Position numbers and translations under genes: made by a program
NCBI GenBank assembly: GCA_043228905.1
Contig: JBHGNT010000021.1
Coordinates: 10,354,001-10,418,000, forward strand
Reading direction: 5' to 3'
DNA from: Azolla caroliniana
Lineage: Eukaryota > Plantae > Polypodiophyta
Length of the DNA: 64,000 nucleotides
In this document: positions 34,831 through 48,250 of the stretch, piece by piece
Layout: each line of letters begins with the position of its first letter
How positions within the stretch are numbered: the first letter of the stretch is position 1
The notes under the pieces: generated by a model
Databases searched by the model: none
The model's input: only the letters and a program-made list of their open reading frames with translations
Told to the model about the DNA's origin: nothing

Positions 34831-37800
34831 GTTCAATCTTGGAGTAAGTTCGTGCTAGTTTATAGCTATGTCTTTTTGGTTTTTTATGCATCATTCTGCC
34901 CCATGTTCTTCTTGACATACTATTGGCATATTCTTGAATCTTTCATATACCTTCAATTTGATTAATTTCCGCTCATGAGCAGCCCACGTCATGACAACGT
35001 ATCACTCCAAGCTAGATTTTGTTTGAATCTAGTATTTAGTAATCATACATCTCATTCCACAACTTGATAAATACTTTACTTTTCTCCAACCTTATAAATG
35101 GGGTAGTGTCTTTAGATTCCTTAGGCTTCACATTGAGCTAAATGAAGACATTAAACATAGGTTTCTTTTTTCTTCTTCTCAATGAGAATCAACATTTTTT
35201 CCTCCTTTAGAGAATTAGCAAATCATCATGGATCCTAGTAAATGACCACTTGATAATAGTTTTGTTTGGCTTTATAACTATGTATTCCACGAACTTGATT
35301 TCTATGTTGTTCTACCTCAAACGGGTTTGTTAAGCATAGTCTATCAGTGCATTTGAAAAACTAACTTTAGGTTTTGATTTAGCCTCTACCGTGGAATTTG
35401 TAACATTTAAAACTTTTGTGCATTACACATGATATTGCAACAAAATGTTCCATCTCTCAAGAATTAGGGATAAACTAGGAGAATACTATTGCCAAGGAAT
35501 ATGGCATTCGATATAGCTCCATGATGTTATGAGTTTGACATTTCCTTGAGGCTCTCAAAAGGAAATCTTGGAATTGAGATGATGAATATCTTGGGTTGGA
35601 AATGCATCCACGTTATGCCATTTTTATGCCATGGAAACCTTGGAGGTGAGAGTGAGATGAAGATTAGGGACAACCATTGATAGTGATGGTTTCACTTTAG
35701 CTTGGATTTTATGCTTCAAAATATACCCTGACTCCTTGTTTCAAATGAGTTTAAACTTGGATGTGTTCAATACCCCTATAAATGTGTTTCTAGTCGAGGT
35801 TGTCAAGCAAGGAAGGCACCCTTGAGTTCCTTAAAAACTTCTTGATGGTAATGTTTAAGCCACTTGACATCACTTAAGAGGAAAATCTAATACATATGGT
35901 TTCACACATACCAAAATCTCATCATTTGCCTTCAAAACATGAGATATACCAAAAAACTTATGCTCCACTTTACACGTTGATTTTACTAGACATTTTAGAT
36001 AAACACTTTGTTTTCATATTTGAACATAACCAAGAAGTGTAACTTATAGTCTTGAGATGTGATTATTTGATATGGGCCATATTTATGAAATGTGTGTTGC
36101 ACTAAGTCACACATTGACGGTTGCTTCTTCATGTTTATACCAAAAAATGTATTTTTAAGATTAAAGAAAAAGATACAAAGATATTATTGTGAATGTAAAA
36201 TATATATATATATGTCATTACCTGTTTTATGGTACTGGACAGAATGAGAGGAAACACTGGATTCAATGGAAGGGGCAAGGACAAACAGTAATTACTAAAA
36301 ACCTTGGAGGTGACTCTAATTTCCCCCACCAGGAACCAATCTCGAGGATGAAAGCTACTTCCTCAAATAGAGTTGTTTTGGGAAGCTCAAACGTTCATGA
36401 GATAAACCATTTGTACTTCCAAGATTTATTTTAATAATCTATTTGTTTATTTTATGTAACTATAACAGTCGTAACGAGTCATGACCCGTTTGTTTACATG
36501 TGTATGTACTTCAAAATTTATTAACCAATTTTTTTTTCGAGTATGACTTCTACCACAAATATAATTAATATTTCTCATAGTCATAAGTTATGAAAAACAA
36601 ATTCTTAGAACTATGGGCTGGGAATCAACAATAATAATACATCCATCCTCTCAAGAAAAGGTGCAAACAAAGAGAGAGACATGGAGCGAGAGAGAGAGTA
36701 CTTTATCTTTCTTCTGTTGCTGAAGGTGCTTCTAATATAAAATAAGATTGGGAAAATGAAGGCCACATATTATACTTCAACATAAAAGAAAGGGCATTTC
36801 AAGTCGAAAATCTTCATCTATGTATGTATATATGTGAATGGCAAGTTTAACTGTATACCACTCACATAATGCCAAAACAATTCAATTTGTGGGGCCAATA
36901 AATGAGTTTCCTACTTGAAGTATACAAAGAGGCAAGTCTTTAAACTCTACTTTACACAGATGGTAGCTTTATACTATTTTGTGAATTATTAATTAAGTAA
37001 ACATTTTTATTGCATAGCTTGGCTTTAACTTAAGTAGCCTCAAACAATATTATCGAATAATGATTCTTGCATTTATCATACAAGTATCTTCTTCATATTT
37101 CTAGTTTGAGATCATCGAAGCTAACACCATTTAAGACAATAAATAGCCTTTGTAACTCTTAGAATGGCTAACAACTAACAACAATGCTAATAATTTTTGG
37201 TTCATTGGTCCACAATGTATGTAACAAACACTCATCGTAATGTTTGTTTGACACTTCCTTGAAATAATACATACATCCATTTGAGAGAAGTGAATCAATA
37301 GGCTCCACATCCACAACCCACGTGATTGATTGAAACCAAAATATAGTGCTATCAAAGACATTATGGTTTATCATCAAATCAAGCTCAAATGGATAATCAA
37401 TAATGTAGGGAATATAACGAAATGTATGGGAGACGTTGTCGAAGGCTTAGTGTTGTAGCTAGCATAATATATATGTATGTATGTATAGATATTCAAGTAT
37501 GGAAGGGAATGAATGACCTTTATACCAAAGAGAGAGACACATAGTCTATAGAGAAACAGGGAGGGAGGGCAGGACGCAGACCTCATACGTCAATGTCGTA
37601 GCATGAAAGATACTTCATACCTACCTACCTACTTCACATGCCATCCATGTCCATGTCCATGACATGGATGGATGGAAAGATATGCTCATCATCAATGACA
37701 CAAGCTGAAAGCTAATAGAGTATGTATCTTTATAGTACGTCCAATACAATACAATACAATACTGCAAACCTAGTCAAACAACAACACTACTCTCTGTCTG

Positions 37801-38167
37801 TCTGTTCGTTGTTTGTTGTGTGTTGAATAAAAAAGGTAACTAGATAGGCAGCCATTAGATAAGGGATGTTTGGAGCCGTGTGTAATATGTACACATACAT
37901 ACATACATAATTCATTTACTGAGAAGACAGACAGACAGAGAAGATGACCCACCACCACTTTCCTTTCCTTTCCTTTCTTCTCATCACATACAACCGTCCG
38001 TGCTTGAAATGAATTAGAGTCAAAGAGGAGAGAGACAGCGAGACTCTGCCAGTCAGAGTCAGAGTCAGAGTCAGAGAGGGAGAGAGAAACAGATAGGATT
38101 TAAGACAGAATAATGGATGAGAGATAAACAGGGGAGGGGACGAGGTACAGATTTTTCGCTATGTAGG

Positions 38168-38171
<4 letters not shown>

Positions 38172-38215
<44 letters not shown>

Positions 38216-38265
38216 AGGAGGAGGAGGAGGAGGTTATATATATAGATAGATAGATAGATAGATAG
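38172..38265. repeat. Microsatellite cluster (TA)n, (GGA)n, (GATA)n upstream of the RALF-like gene
   Basis: Directly visible. Confidence 0.9.
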
Positions 38266-38358
38266 AAGAGCAGTCAAACCAAGCCATATTTATCGATCGA
38301 TCTAATCTATATCTGTCTGTCTATATATAAGATAAGCCATATATACATAGGAAGCAGG

Positions 38359-38601
38359 ATGGGGCTGAAATATAACACGCGAACAGTGATGATGATGATG
38401 ATGATGGTGATGGTGATGATGGTGATGGGTGGAAGTGTGGGGTTTTCGGGAGCAACATCCATAAGCTACGCATCGTTGACGGCCGACAGTACGCCTTGCG
38501 ATGTGTTGGGCTCCAGCTATGCCGATTGCAGCACAACCTCGGCGGCCAACCTTTACACCCAATCTTGCACAGTCTACACCACTTGCAACCATATCACTTG
38601 A
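38359..38601 (+). CDS. RALF: RALF-like (Rapid ALkalinization Factor) secreted cysteine-rich peptide, 80 aa
   Basis: Single exon. A hydrophobic Met/Val signal peptide is followed by 'ATSISYASLTADSTPCDVLGSSYADCSTTSAANLYTQSCTVYTTC', matching the RALF pattern (Y)ISY.AL...PC...G.SY..C....ANPY...C.....C with all four Cys. Confidence 0.88.
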   Translation: MGLKYNTRTVMMMMMMVMVMMVMGGSVGFSGATSISYASLTADSTPCDVLGSSYADCSTTSAANLYTQSCTVYTTCNHIT

Positions 38602-39699
38602 ATCCTAATGTTTTGTGGGTACGATATTAGATATTATACGATCGGATCCCAATGTTAACATCTTGTGCCTGCAGGCTGCCTCTTCCCTTCGATCCCAATG
38701 TTAACATCCTAATTTTGAATGTAGGTTGAGGTAAACGCTGTCAGCCTATGGTAATGCCAGTGGCTATGGCAATGACAATGGTACCTTTGACAAAATAATC
38801 CAACTCTCAACCTGTTATCCGCGAATTTCAAATACTGCTACTGCTATCCGGATGTTGTCTGTTATCGTGGAAGACCCCTAGAATAATGGTGGGTGTTAAA
38901 TATAGTTAATAACAAGCCACCACATTGGTTTTGCCTATGTGATGATACCATTGATCTTATTCTTGAATCGATTCAATGTAAATGAGTGTTTTTTTATTGG
39001 ATAATCTACTTACAATTCAAACGAAAGAATATAAAGCATGTTTCCTACTCCAGGAATTGTCTCTTCATTGTATTCCCAAAATTTCATTCAATTCATTGTG
39101 ACCAATTTTTCTCTGGGCTTTTACGTTTCAGGTAATCTCAAACAACAGGAATCCTGATAGCTCATATGTTTTTTGGTTTGTGTCAATCAATAGAGATATA
39201 TTCACGTAGTCTTGATTGCAACAATATTTTGTCTCTATTATATTCACCTTGTTTCCTAAGCCTAGTTTGAAAAGTTGTTATGTGGACACTGTGACCGGAA
39301 AAGTAGTTGCGCATGTTTGGTCTTGCCAATCCCATGAACTAAGTTGTGTAGGGATGATTCGTTACGAAATATAGGAATTACTCTATTTTTCTCCATAACT
39401 TTTTATGGGAGAAAACTATTGCAGTGATAATTGTAGAGGCCATCCTCAACACATTTTAAGTGTATGATCATTAAAGATAACAAACATTTTAGGTGTATGA
39501 TCATTAGAGCTTTGAACCTTACTTATATATTGTAGTTGTATTGACATAGGGATAGTATTTTAAGAGACACAAAACATTGCATGTTAACAAGTTTTATATA
39601 AAAGTTAGAGGTGTCCATGGTTTTGTTGACTAGTCCCAAAATGAAATTAGTTGACATGCACTTCAAAGTACCATGTGTTAGGTATAGACACATAAAGAG

Positions 39700-39900
39700 T
39701 GTAACAAGCGTCGTGTTTTTTCTCAATATTAAGGAGCAACGATTGAATAAAACCACACAACACACACAATGATACAAGATAGATGACACAAGATTTAACG
39801 TAGAAAAACCCTCAATGAGGGAAAAAACGACGGGACAAAGTCTAAATTAATCCACTATCAACAAAGACGATACAACGCAAATACAAACTCTACCCCTAGA
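39700..39900 (-). repeat. Copia-type LTR fragment
   Basis: The minus strand reads 'CCCGTCGTTTTTTCCCTCATTGAGGGTTTTTCTACGTTAAATCTTGTG', a typical copia U5 motif also seen at 42225-42260. Boundaries are approximate. Confidence 0.55.
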
Positions 39901-40754
39901 TACGCTAAAGTGAAGTAGAGATATGTAGACAATAATACTACCGACAAAGTGGGTACAATAATCCAAAAGGAGTGACGACTATACGCTCAAACATAAGATT
40001 CAAAGAGAAAGAGAAAATCTGAGCGGAGTGCAGACTTCAGGATTTGCCTATTTCGACTTAAGTTGTGAGACACCAGGTTTGCGCCTCTCATTATCTTTGT
40101 TAGACCTCTCTACATTTCAACATACAAAGTAGCATGTCTACCACATTATTGTTGTCGAGGATGGCTCAATCATATTCTGTGTGGAATAAGAAGAGGAAAG
40201 ACATGATAGAAGATTCTGTAGATACAAAATGGCTTCAGGATAGTCTAGTAGAGGACGTTGCAGTGGCTAGAAAGACATGTGATGGGCCTTTGCCAAGCAA
40301 GACATTTACTATCCCATGACAAGACTCGTTGAATCCTTTAAAAGTGTACATGTGAAATGATATTATTCTTTTCTTTCTTGGGATGATGCCTTCTCCAAAT
40401 GACCTGGCTCAATGGATAAATGCCATGTTTAAGTCTATGCAGTTAATGGAGTTTATTTCGTTGCTAGAGGGTTTTACGAAGTATTGCTATCAGAACCGAA
40501 GTACAAAACTCAATTACTTGAAGAATCTCCTTTAACATATAGAGATTAAATGGTTCATGCATTGTCGTGGTCTTTGACAAAAGACTATCAAGGGCTAATT
40601 CGTCACGAATGTGTCTAGGTGGAAGTGATTGTTTTTCCACGAAATTGGAATCACTTGTTACCTACAATTGCAACGAGAATAGGGAGAGTATTATGCCCCC
40701 CAAAAACCACAAGTACTTCTAATAGATTTTGCATTATTTGGAACACATATGTTA

Positions 40755-42073
40755 AGAATGGAAGCCAAATAGTCACAAAAAAGTTGGACAAAAATAATTT
40801 CCCCGTGTGGAAATTCAGAATGACAAATTTCTTGATGGGAAAAGGATATTGGGATTACATTGAAGGAGACCTAGAAAAGGCTCTAGAGATCCCTAAAGAA
40901 AATGCAACTGCTGCATAGATTAAAGCATTTAAGGAATGGAATCAAGGGGCAAGGAAAGTATTGCATTGGCTGCCACTTAGCATCTTAGATTCGATGCTTG
41001 GACACATACAAGATGTTTTGCTTCCAAAAGAAGCTTGGGACAGTTTGGTAAAACTGTTTGTAGTAAACACAAAAGCTAGAAAGCTTCAGTTGAAGACGGA
41101 CCTAAATACCTTGGAAAAGGTAAGATGTTAGTTAATGAGTATGCTCTGAAAATGAAGAGCATATGTGCATCATTCTCTTCTATTAATGTGAAGGTAAAAG
41201 ATGATGATAAGGTGGAAATATGCTTAAGAGGCTTAGGATCTCAATATAAAACCTTGAAAACATCTATTCTCACAAGGGATAGCATCCCAAATTTTTCAGA
41301 TCTAGTTTCAATGCTTGTAGTGGAAGAAAGAAATCAGATGGATGATGTAAACAAAGGAAACTCTGAGACCGAGGGACAAGCCCTCTACAATAGTGCTAGA
41401 AGAAGACGAGGAAGAGGCCATGGAAGATTTGGTTTAGCTAGAACCAACAACAATCAAGGAAGAGGACAATAGGCTATAAGTGGAAGAAACAACATCAGAG
41501 GCAAGGGGAGCAATCGAGGTAGAGGTAAGAATTTTTTTTTGAATGATGATGGTTGTTGGTATTGTGGAAAACCAGGCCATACATAGGCTAAATGCTAGAA
41601 AAAACAAAATGATGAAAAAAGAGGGAAGAGATAGCAAAATAATTATGCTTCAACTAGTGAAGACTGTGATAAAGATGTGGCATAAAAGAATCGATCACAT
41701 AAGTATGCAAACCTTGAAAAATATGTTGAGGAAAAATGCAATGGTTGGATTGCCTAAATTAAAAGATTGTGAGATGAGCAAAATATGTGAAGCATGTCAA
41801 TATGGAAAGCAAAATAAATTGCCTTTCCCTCATGAAAGACATGTAGCCAAAACATTGTTGGATTTGGTACATACAGATGTATGGAGACCAACAAAAAATG
41901 CATCAATTAGTGGATGTAGGTTTTATGTAACATTTATTGATGATTGCTCAAGGAAAACATGGGTTTACTTCATGAAAGAGAAAAGTGAAATATGACCTAG
42001 GGCAAACACTTATAGTGTATGTATCATTGTGTTGTCATTTTTCTGTTGTATTGAATTACTGGTGTAACTGCTG

Positions 42074-42110
<37 letters not shown>

Positions 42111-44380
42111 CGAGTCTCTGTTGTAACTGCCACCAGGCAAAGATTGAGAGCAAGACGTTGTTGCCTTTGTGTTCACTTGTTGTATTCCTCTCGACATAGT
42201 GATAGTTGGAGTTTGTGGACTCCCATGGTTTTTCCCATTTAGGGTTTTTCCACGTAAACATACTATGTACCCTCTCTCATATTGTCTGTGTGTACATGTA
42301 TTCACCCCCATTCGCATTCTCGGTGTTCGATTCGAAACGACACGATCTGAGAGTCGGTTGTGGCTGAGTAATATTCCGCATATTTTGCGTCAGTAAACAC
42401 AACAAACTTTATTCTAAATAGATGTATAACATTTGGAGTACATGAAGTAACTCCTGAAGAATGTTTCTATGGAAGGAAACCTAGTTTAGGACACTTAAAA
42501 GTGTTTGGATGCCTTGCTTATGTTCATGTACCTATTGAAGTAAGAAGTAAGCTTGATCCAAAAGCTGAAAAATTTGTTCTTGTTGGATACTCAGATGAGC
42601 AAAAAGGGTATAGATGCTATAACCCTTTGACAAACAATGTTGGACAACAAAGTTCAACATCAATAGAATGTATTGGACCATCTGAAAAATCTGGTAGTAA
42701 ATTGAATCAAATGCTTGGAGTGGAAAGAATGCAAGAAAAAAAAAAATGATGATAAAAATGGAAAACAGAAGATGCCAGAATATGAAATGTTTGATGAAGG
42801 ATCTAGAAACATGGAAGATGTAGATTTAGATACATCATTGAATGATGAGTTGGGTATACGAGCCTTGAAAATCCCCGGTATGGAAAAAGTAATGAAGGAT
42901 GCAAATCAGAAACTGAGAAGATCAGATAGAGAGAAAAAATCTGTTGAAAGATTTGGTTATGATACATACATGGCAATGCATTATGCATACATGTCTAAAA
43001 TGGTACAAATCTTTGATCCAAATAGTTTTGATGAAGCAAAAGCTGAGAAGAAATGGGTGAATGCAATGCAAAAAGAAATAGATGCATTAGCTGAAAATAG
43101 AACATGGGATTTGGTAAAGTTACCAAAAGGAAAAAATGTGGTAGGCTGCAAATGGGTCTACAAGACAAAGCATGATTCCAATGGGAATGTAAGTAGACAT
43201 AAAGTAAGACTTGTTGCAAAAGGATATGCCCAAATGCAAGTAATGGATTATGATGAAACATTTGCACTGGTTGCAAAAATGGCAACCTTGAGGACATTAC
43301 TTGTTGTAAGTGCAGCCAAAAGATGGGTTCTGCACCATATGGATGTAGAAAATGCTTTTTTACATGGTAACTTGGAAGAAGAAGTGTATATGTGTCAACC
43401 ACCAGGTTTTGAAGGTAAGAAGCATCCAGAATATGTTTGTAAGCTGAAAAAGGCTCTCTATGGACTAAAACAAGCACCAAGAGCATGGCATAAACAACTT
43501 TTAGAATCTTTGGAAAAAATTGTCTTCAAAATGTCAAAAGTTGATCCATCACTATATGTAAAGAAGATAAATGATTGCATTGTTGTTATCTTGATTTATG
43601 TTGATAACTTAATCATTGGAGGTGATTTATGTTGATTGGGTTGGAAGCCAAACTGATAGAAGATCCAAAAGTGGATATATGTTTACATTGGGAAGTGCAG
43701 CTATTTCATGGAGTACTGAAGCTGAATATAAAGGAGCTGCAATACCCACTTGTGAAGAGGTATGGATAAGAAGATTGCTTGTTGATTTGGGTGAGTATAT
43801 AGATCGTGTAGTCAAAATTTAGTGTGACAATATGAGTAGCATTCAGCTCGCAAAAAACCCAGTGTTCCATGCAAGAACAAAGCATATTGAAGTGCATTAT
43901 CACTTTGTTAGAGAAAAAGTGATTGATGGAGAAGCGGATCTGTTGTATGTAAGCACAAATTAGCAAGTGGCTGATATTCTTATGAAGGAACTAAGCATAG
44001 AAAAACGTACACAGTTCAGGGACATGATTGGAGTTATAACCATTGGTATGATAGCTGAAAAGCATGAAGGAAAGAAGACTGAAGATGATCTAAAGAAAGG
44101 ATAAGTTAAGCTTGAGGAGCGGTATTGAGAAACAAGCTCAACAAAAGCATGTGATGCTTATTAGGCATGTAGGTGAAACAACTATTTAGCTAGTCAAAGC
44201 TAATTAGCTGAATATGTAAGTCACTTATAACTTAGGTAAAAAAGTAGTAAGAGAGAGAGAGAGAGAGTAGTTGAAAGAGAAGAATAAAACAAATGAGAGA
44301 GGTTCTCTCTGTGTAATGAAATAGAAGAGAAGAATAAAATTATGCCTACGTACTAGGTGTCAAGACTCAAACTCTTGACA
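40755..44380 (+). mobile_element. Degenerate 5'-truncated Ty1/copia element
   Basis: gag 'KLDKNNFPVWKFRMTNFLMGKGYWDYIEG', integrase 'MWHKRIDH...CEACQYGKQ...HTDVW...FIDDCSR', RT 42715-43635 'KVRLVAKG...MDVENAFLHG...LYGLKQAPRAW...YVDN', RNase H 'NPVFHARTKHIEVHYHFVRE', PPT-like near 44113, putative 3' LTR to about 44380. Confidence 0.9.
41993..42403 (+). mobile_element. Foreign copia LTR-like insert replacing part of the integrase
   Basis: The integrase frame breaks after 'KEKSE'. The insert has (AG)n and 'CCCATGGTTTTTCCCATTTAGGGTTTTTCCACGTAAA' and ends in CAACA. No TSD was found. Confidence 0.6.
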
Positions 44381-44399
44381 TGACCATGTTATAATCAAG

Positions 44400-46175
44400 T
44401 GTTATGGGTTAACCAACATATCTAGTATACAATCATGTGTATAATTGCTTCTTGTAGTTTTTAGCTAGCATCATGTAGTTGCTCGCTTGAATTATTTACA
44501 CTTGGCACATGCATGCGTACCTACATGCTTTATTGTAGATTCACATGTGTGCAACATGTATGCATGCCACGTAGTATAAATAGTTTTCACCTTGAAGGAA
44601 TTCAAGGTGAACAACACCAGTTATGGATTCTTTCAGTTAATACCACTCAACCATTTGGTTATCTTCTTTCTAGTCTCTTGAGCTTATGATCTATCCGTGA
44701 CAGTTTGTTCACCTTCCATCCTCGTAGCTCTCCCTCTCATTAGTCGTAGCTATGTCCGACCTAGCCATTGACTTAAGCCAAATAATGACATCCTTAACAC
44801 AACTGTAGTTTGAAAATTTAGCTCTTCCAGATTCTTTACGGCAACTTCAAGTAGGTGCCTCGCTATACTCATAGCCCGTAGAGCCTAGTCTCCCACCGCA
44901 ACCTTGCCTAGAGCCCAACCTTCCACCAACATCTAGCCTAGATTCTTCTCATTTTCTTGGGCCTAAGGTTAGCCTCCCAGAAACATTTGATGAACGCGGT
45001 CACATTTTCGGGGGTTCATCAACCAGATTCGTCTTATCATTCAGCTACAACCTCAATGGTATGTAGATGATCTTCGACGCACCCCCCTCTCTGGTCCGGC
45101 CCAAGCTTGGTTTGCACCATTAGTAGAAACGTCTTCACCTCTATTGGATGACTTTCCTGCCTTCCTCGCTGAGTTGGAGGCCCCATTTGGAGAGCCTAAC
45201 CAACGATGTATAGCTCTCAACAAGATTTGTGCCCTCAAACAATGTTCGCGTACAACTTCTCTCTATCCTTCAGAATTTCGACTACTAGCATGTGACGTCA
45301 ACTAGAGTGATCAAGCCTTAGTTGATGGGCCTTCGGAGCAATGTCAAGAATCTTCTCTTGGCTTTCATGAGCCCACCTCATTATCCCAAGTGATCTCACA
45401 AACAGTCCATTGTGACAATCGTCTTTTTGAATTTCGCTAGGAAGAGCACGGGACTTGGGGGTCTCATTCACATCCACAACATGCCCTGGTAGTACATCCC
45501 CAAGTATCATTCCTGTCGGCTACGCCACACTCCCCTACTTTGGTAGATGCTCCAATCCCCATGTAATTGATCAAGCCTAATTTCAGCCATTGACTGATGT
45601 TGAACGACAACATCGGCGGGCTAATGGCTTGTGCATGTATTGTGGTGCCTCAGGTCATTTTCCTAGGACTAATTGCCCACAATTCCATCGAGCTAATAGA
45701 CCCCAACATCCGGAAAACGACATTGTTCGGTTGCAGTAGGAGCCATGCAAGTCAACGTCTAATGTCACCCACATTCTCTTGGTTCCATTGCCAAACCATC
45801 ATGCAATTCCACATTGGAGGTATGGCTTTCTTTTAACTCCAGTTCCATGCAGTCTGTCGCTTTACTTGATTTTGGTGCGTTGTCTTGCTTCATCGATGCC
45901 CCGTTCGCCCGAGCACATGGCGTACCAGTTGTTTGCCTCTCAAAACCCATTCCTGTTGAAGCCATCAATGGGCGTGTCCTCTCGTGAGGAGCAATTACTC
46001 AAAGTACGATCCCAATAGGGCTTCGTGTGGGCTCACACAAAGAGGAGCTCACCTTTTACCTCATCGCATCTCCTCGACATCCGATCGTCTTAAGACTAAC
46101 ATGATTGGAGGCGCACAATCCAATAGTGGATTGGTGCAATCGCACAATCACATTTAGTGAGCCAGGATGCTCGCA
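44400..46175 (+). mobile_element. Truncated gypsy element (LTR about 44400-44702 plus degenerate gag-protease)
   Basis: TGTTATGG...CCGTGACA ends and TATAAATA at 44575. gag 'PKVSLPETFD...GFINQIRL...GPAQAWFAPL', knuckle 'CMYCGASGH', protease 'LLDFGALSCFID', and 'HNPIVDW'. Same class as the element at 1-8957. Confidence 0.8.
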
Positions 46176-46189
46176 CAAAACTAAGTTAA

Positions 46190-46680
46190 ATAGCTAATTA
46201 GCTACTCGCAATAGCTAGTTAGCTATGTCAAGCGCTAATTAGCTATTAAGGTAGCTAATTAGCAATTGCCAATAGCTAATTAGCTACTCGCAATAGCTAA
46301 TTAGCTATGTCAAGAGCTAATTAGTTATTAACGTAGCTAATTAGCTACTGTCAATAGCTAATTAGCTACTTGCAACAGCTACTTAGCTATGTCAAGAGCT
46401 AATTAGCTATTAATGTAGCTAATTAGCTACTATCAATAGCTAATTATCTTCTCTTAATAGCTAATTATCTACTTGCAATAGCTAGTTAGCTATGTCAAGA
46501 GCTTATTAGCTATTAAGGTAGCTAATTAGCTACTGTCAATAGCTAATTAGCTACCCTTAATGGCTAATTAGCTACTTGCAACAACTAGTTCGCTATATGA
46601 AGAGTTAATTAGCAATTAAGGTAACTAATTAGCTACTGTCAATTGCTAGTTAGCTACTCGTAATAGCTAATTAGCTACTA
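46190..46680. repeat. Minisatellite of ~21-bp units built on the palindrome TAGCTAATTAGCTA
   Basis: Directly visible, more than 20 units. Confidence 0.95.
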
Positions 46681-47779
46681 CGAGAGTATGATCATAGCTA
46701 TTCAACTACCACACTATATCTAACTAGCTACATCAGGGCACATTTTTGCTACTCATTAGACTCCCTTTTTATTACGCAGGTTGATTTATTTATTAGGTTC
46801 AAATGAATGCATCATAATATCAAAGTTCAACTATGAACATTCAAGTCTCTTAACCCACACTTTGTGAGACGCTTAAAGGATCGATACACATGTTGTTGCA
46901 TTTACCATGTACAAATGGGTTTTCTCAAGGACTCTGTTTACTACGTCACCATAGCTCCTCCCTAGATGATGTAGTCTGCACTTGTGAGTACATGTACTCA
47001 CATTTGGTCAGGTGCATCAACGTTTCGATGTCGCAATACAATAGCTGCTCAGGTTTATACACAATTAGTGCTAATGTGTATGAATGTATTTACAATAGTA
47101 TGCCATGGAATTTGTAGCTACAAGGAGATCATACCCGTTTTCTTGTAAAGTGGACAAAGTAGTTGTATTGCAAAAAAACAGTTTAATAAAATCATTCGGG
47201 AGACTGTCTTCTTTCTCATATATAGTTTTCTTTCTGTTCTTGTTTGTTAATAAAATCATTTGGGAGTCTTCTTTTTTATATACAATCTACTTTCTGTTCT
47301 TCTCTCTTAATAAAGTCATGTTTGTTTAATAAAATTGTGTCTTTTTTATATACAATCTTCTTTGTGTTCTTCTATCTTAAAGAAAAGTTTAATAAAATCG
47401 CTTGGGAGTATTCTTTCTGTTCTTGTTTCTTAATAAAATCGTGGACCTGTTAAATGTGTATTGATTGTCAATTTTACTCTCAGTTTTACTTATTGCAACT
47501 TTCGGTTTTAGTTTGTTCAATGTGCATAATGACAATTATATTGTTTGGAATACATTTTGGCAATGGTTTTTTTACTCTCAAGTGAACCATGTACAAGTTC
47601 AAACATTTTGTCATTCTGAGAACAACCAATAGCATGAAATCAGAAATCAATGACCTATTTTAAAATTACACAGTAGATGATTTACTCAAAATAAGCGATT
47701 TAATTCTTCATTGATTAATCTGTCATCAAATTACATATTTATAATACACCATTGGCAATGTCTACAAAGCGCCTATAAA

Positions 47780-48250
47780 TAGCTAAGCTCTTACTAGTTA
47801 GTGGACCTTCTCTACATATGTGATCTGCATACCGAGCTCGGTATGGTGTCCACAACTATGCAGTTAGTTGGCAGCTCTATGTTTTCACCAAGTAGTTATC
47901 AGGCATTTCGTCAAGTACAATGAGACAACATCTGCAAAGTTTGTAGTAGAGGACATGTTATGTATCCACAATCAACGTATTGTCAGCATTATATTCGGGC
48001 CAGGTATGCCAAAAATCAGAAAGTCTTTTGAATCTTGCAATATCCTGTTCACATCTTTCTCGTGTCCATTGACCCTTGAAATGTTGTCGCCACTTTGGGA
48101 AGAATCTTTCTACACACTTCCACACATCTGAACGTGGTTTTTCACTCCAAATAAACAAATCAAAGTATTGCACAACCCACTCTAGAAATTGATTCGCATC
48201 CCTCCTTGGTGTCATATATCGCACACTGATCAAGACTTTATTAAGGCTCT
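47780..48250 (-). pseudogene. Degraded FCP1/NIF-like HAD phosphatase-homology fragment
   Basis: 'RRDANQFLEWVVQYFDLFIWS...WTRERC...FKRLSDFW...YNADNTLIVD' resembles the RP....FL......F...IWS...K.L...W......NTLLVDD pattern. Confidence 0.6.

Noticed and set aside
35030-36120. Possible decayed LINE or other coding remnant on the minus strand
   Set aside because: No diagnostic motif could be recovered by eye.
37131-37377. Short Cys-containing ORFs upstream of the RALF-like gene
   Set aside because: No coherent gene structure; possibly a transposon scrap but unsupported.
38302-38592. Poly-His ORF on the minus strand
   Set aside because: Antisense reading of the (ATG)n tract of the RALF-like gene.
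38646-38708. Short direct repeat GATCCCAATGTTAACATC downstream of the RALF-like stop
   Set aside because: A simple local duplication with no evidence of function.
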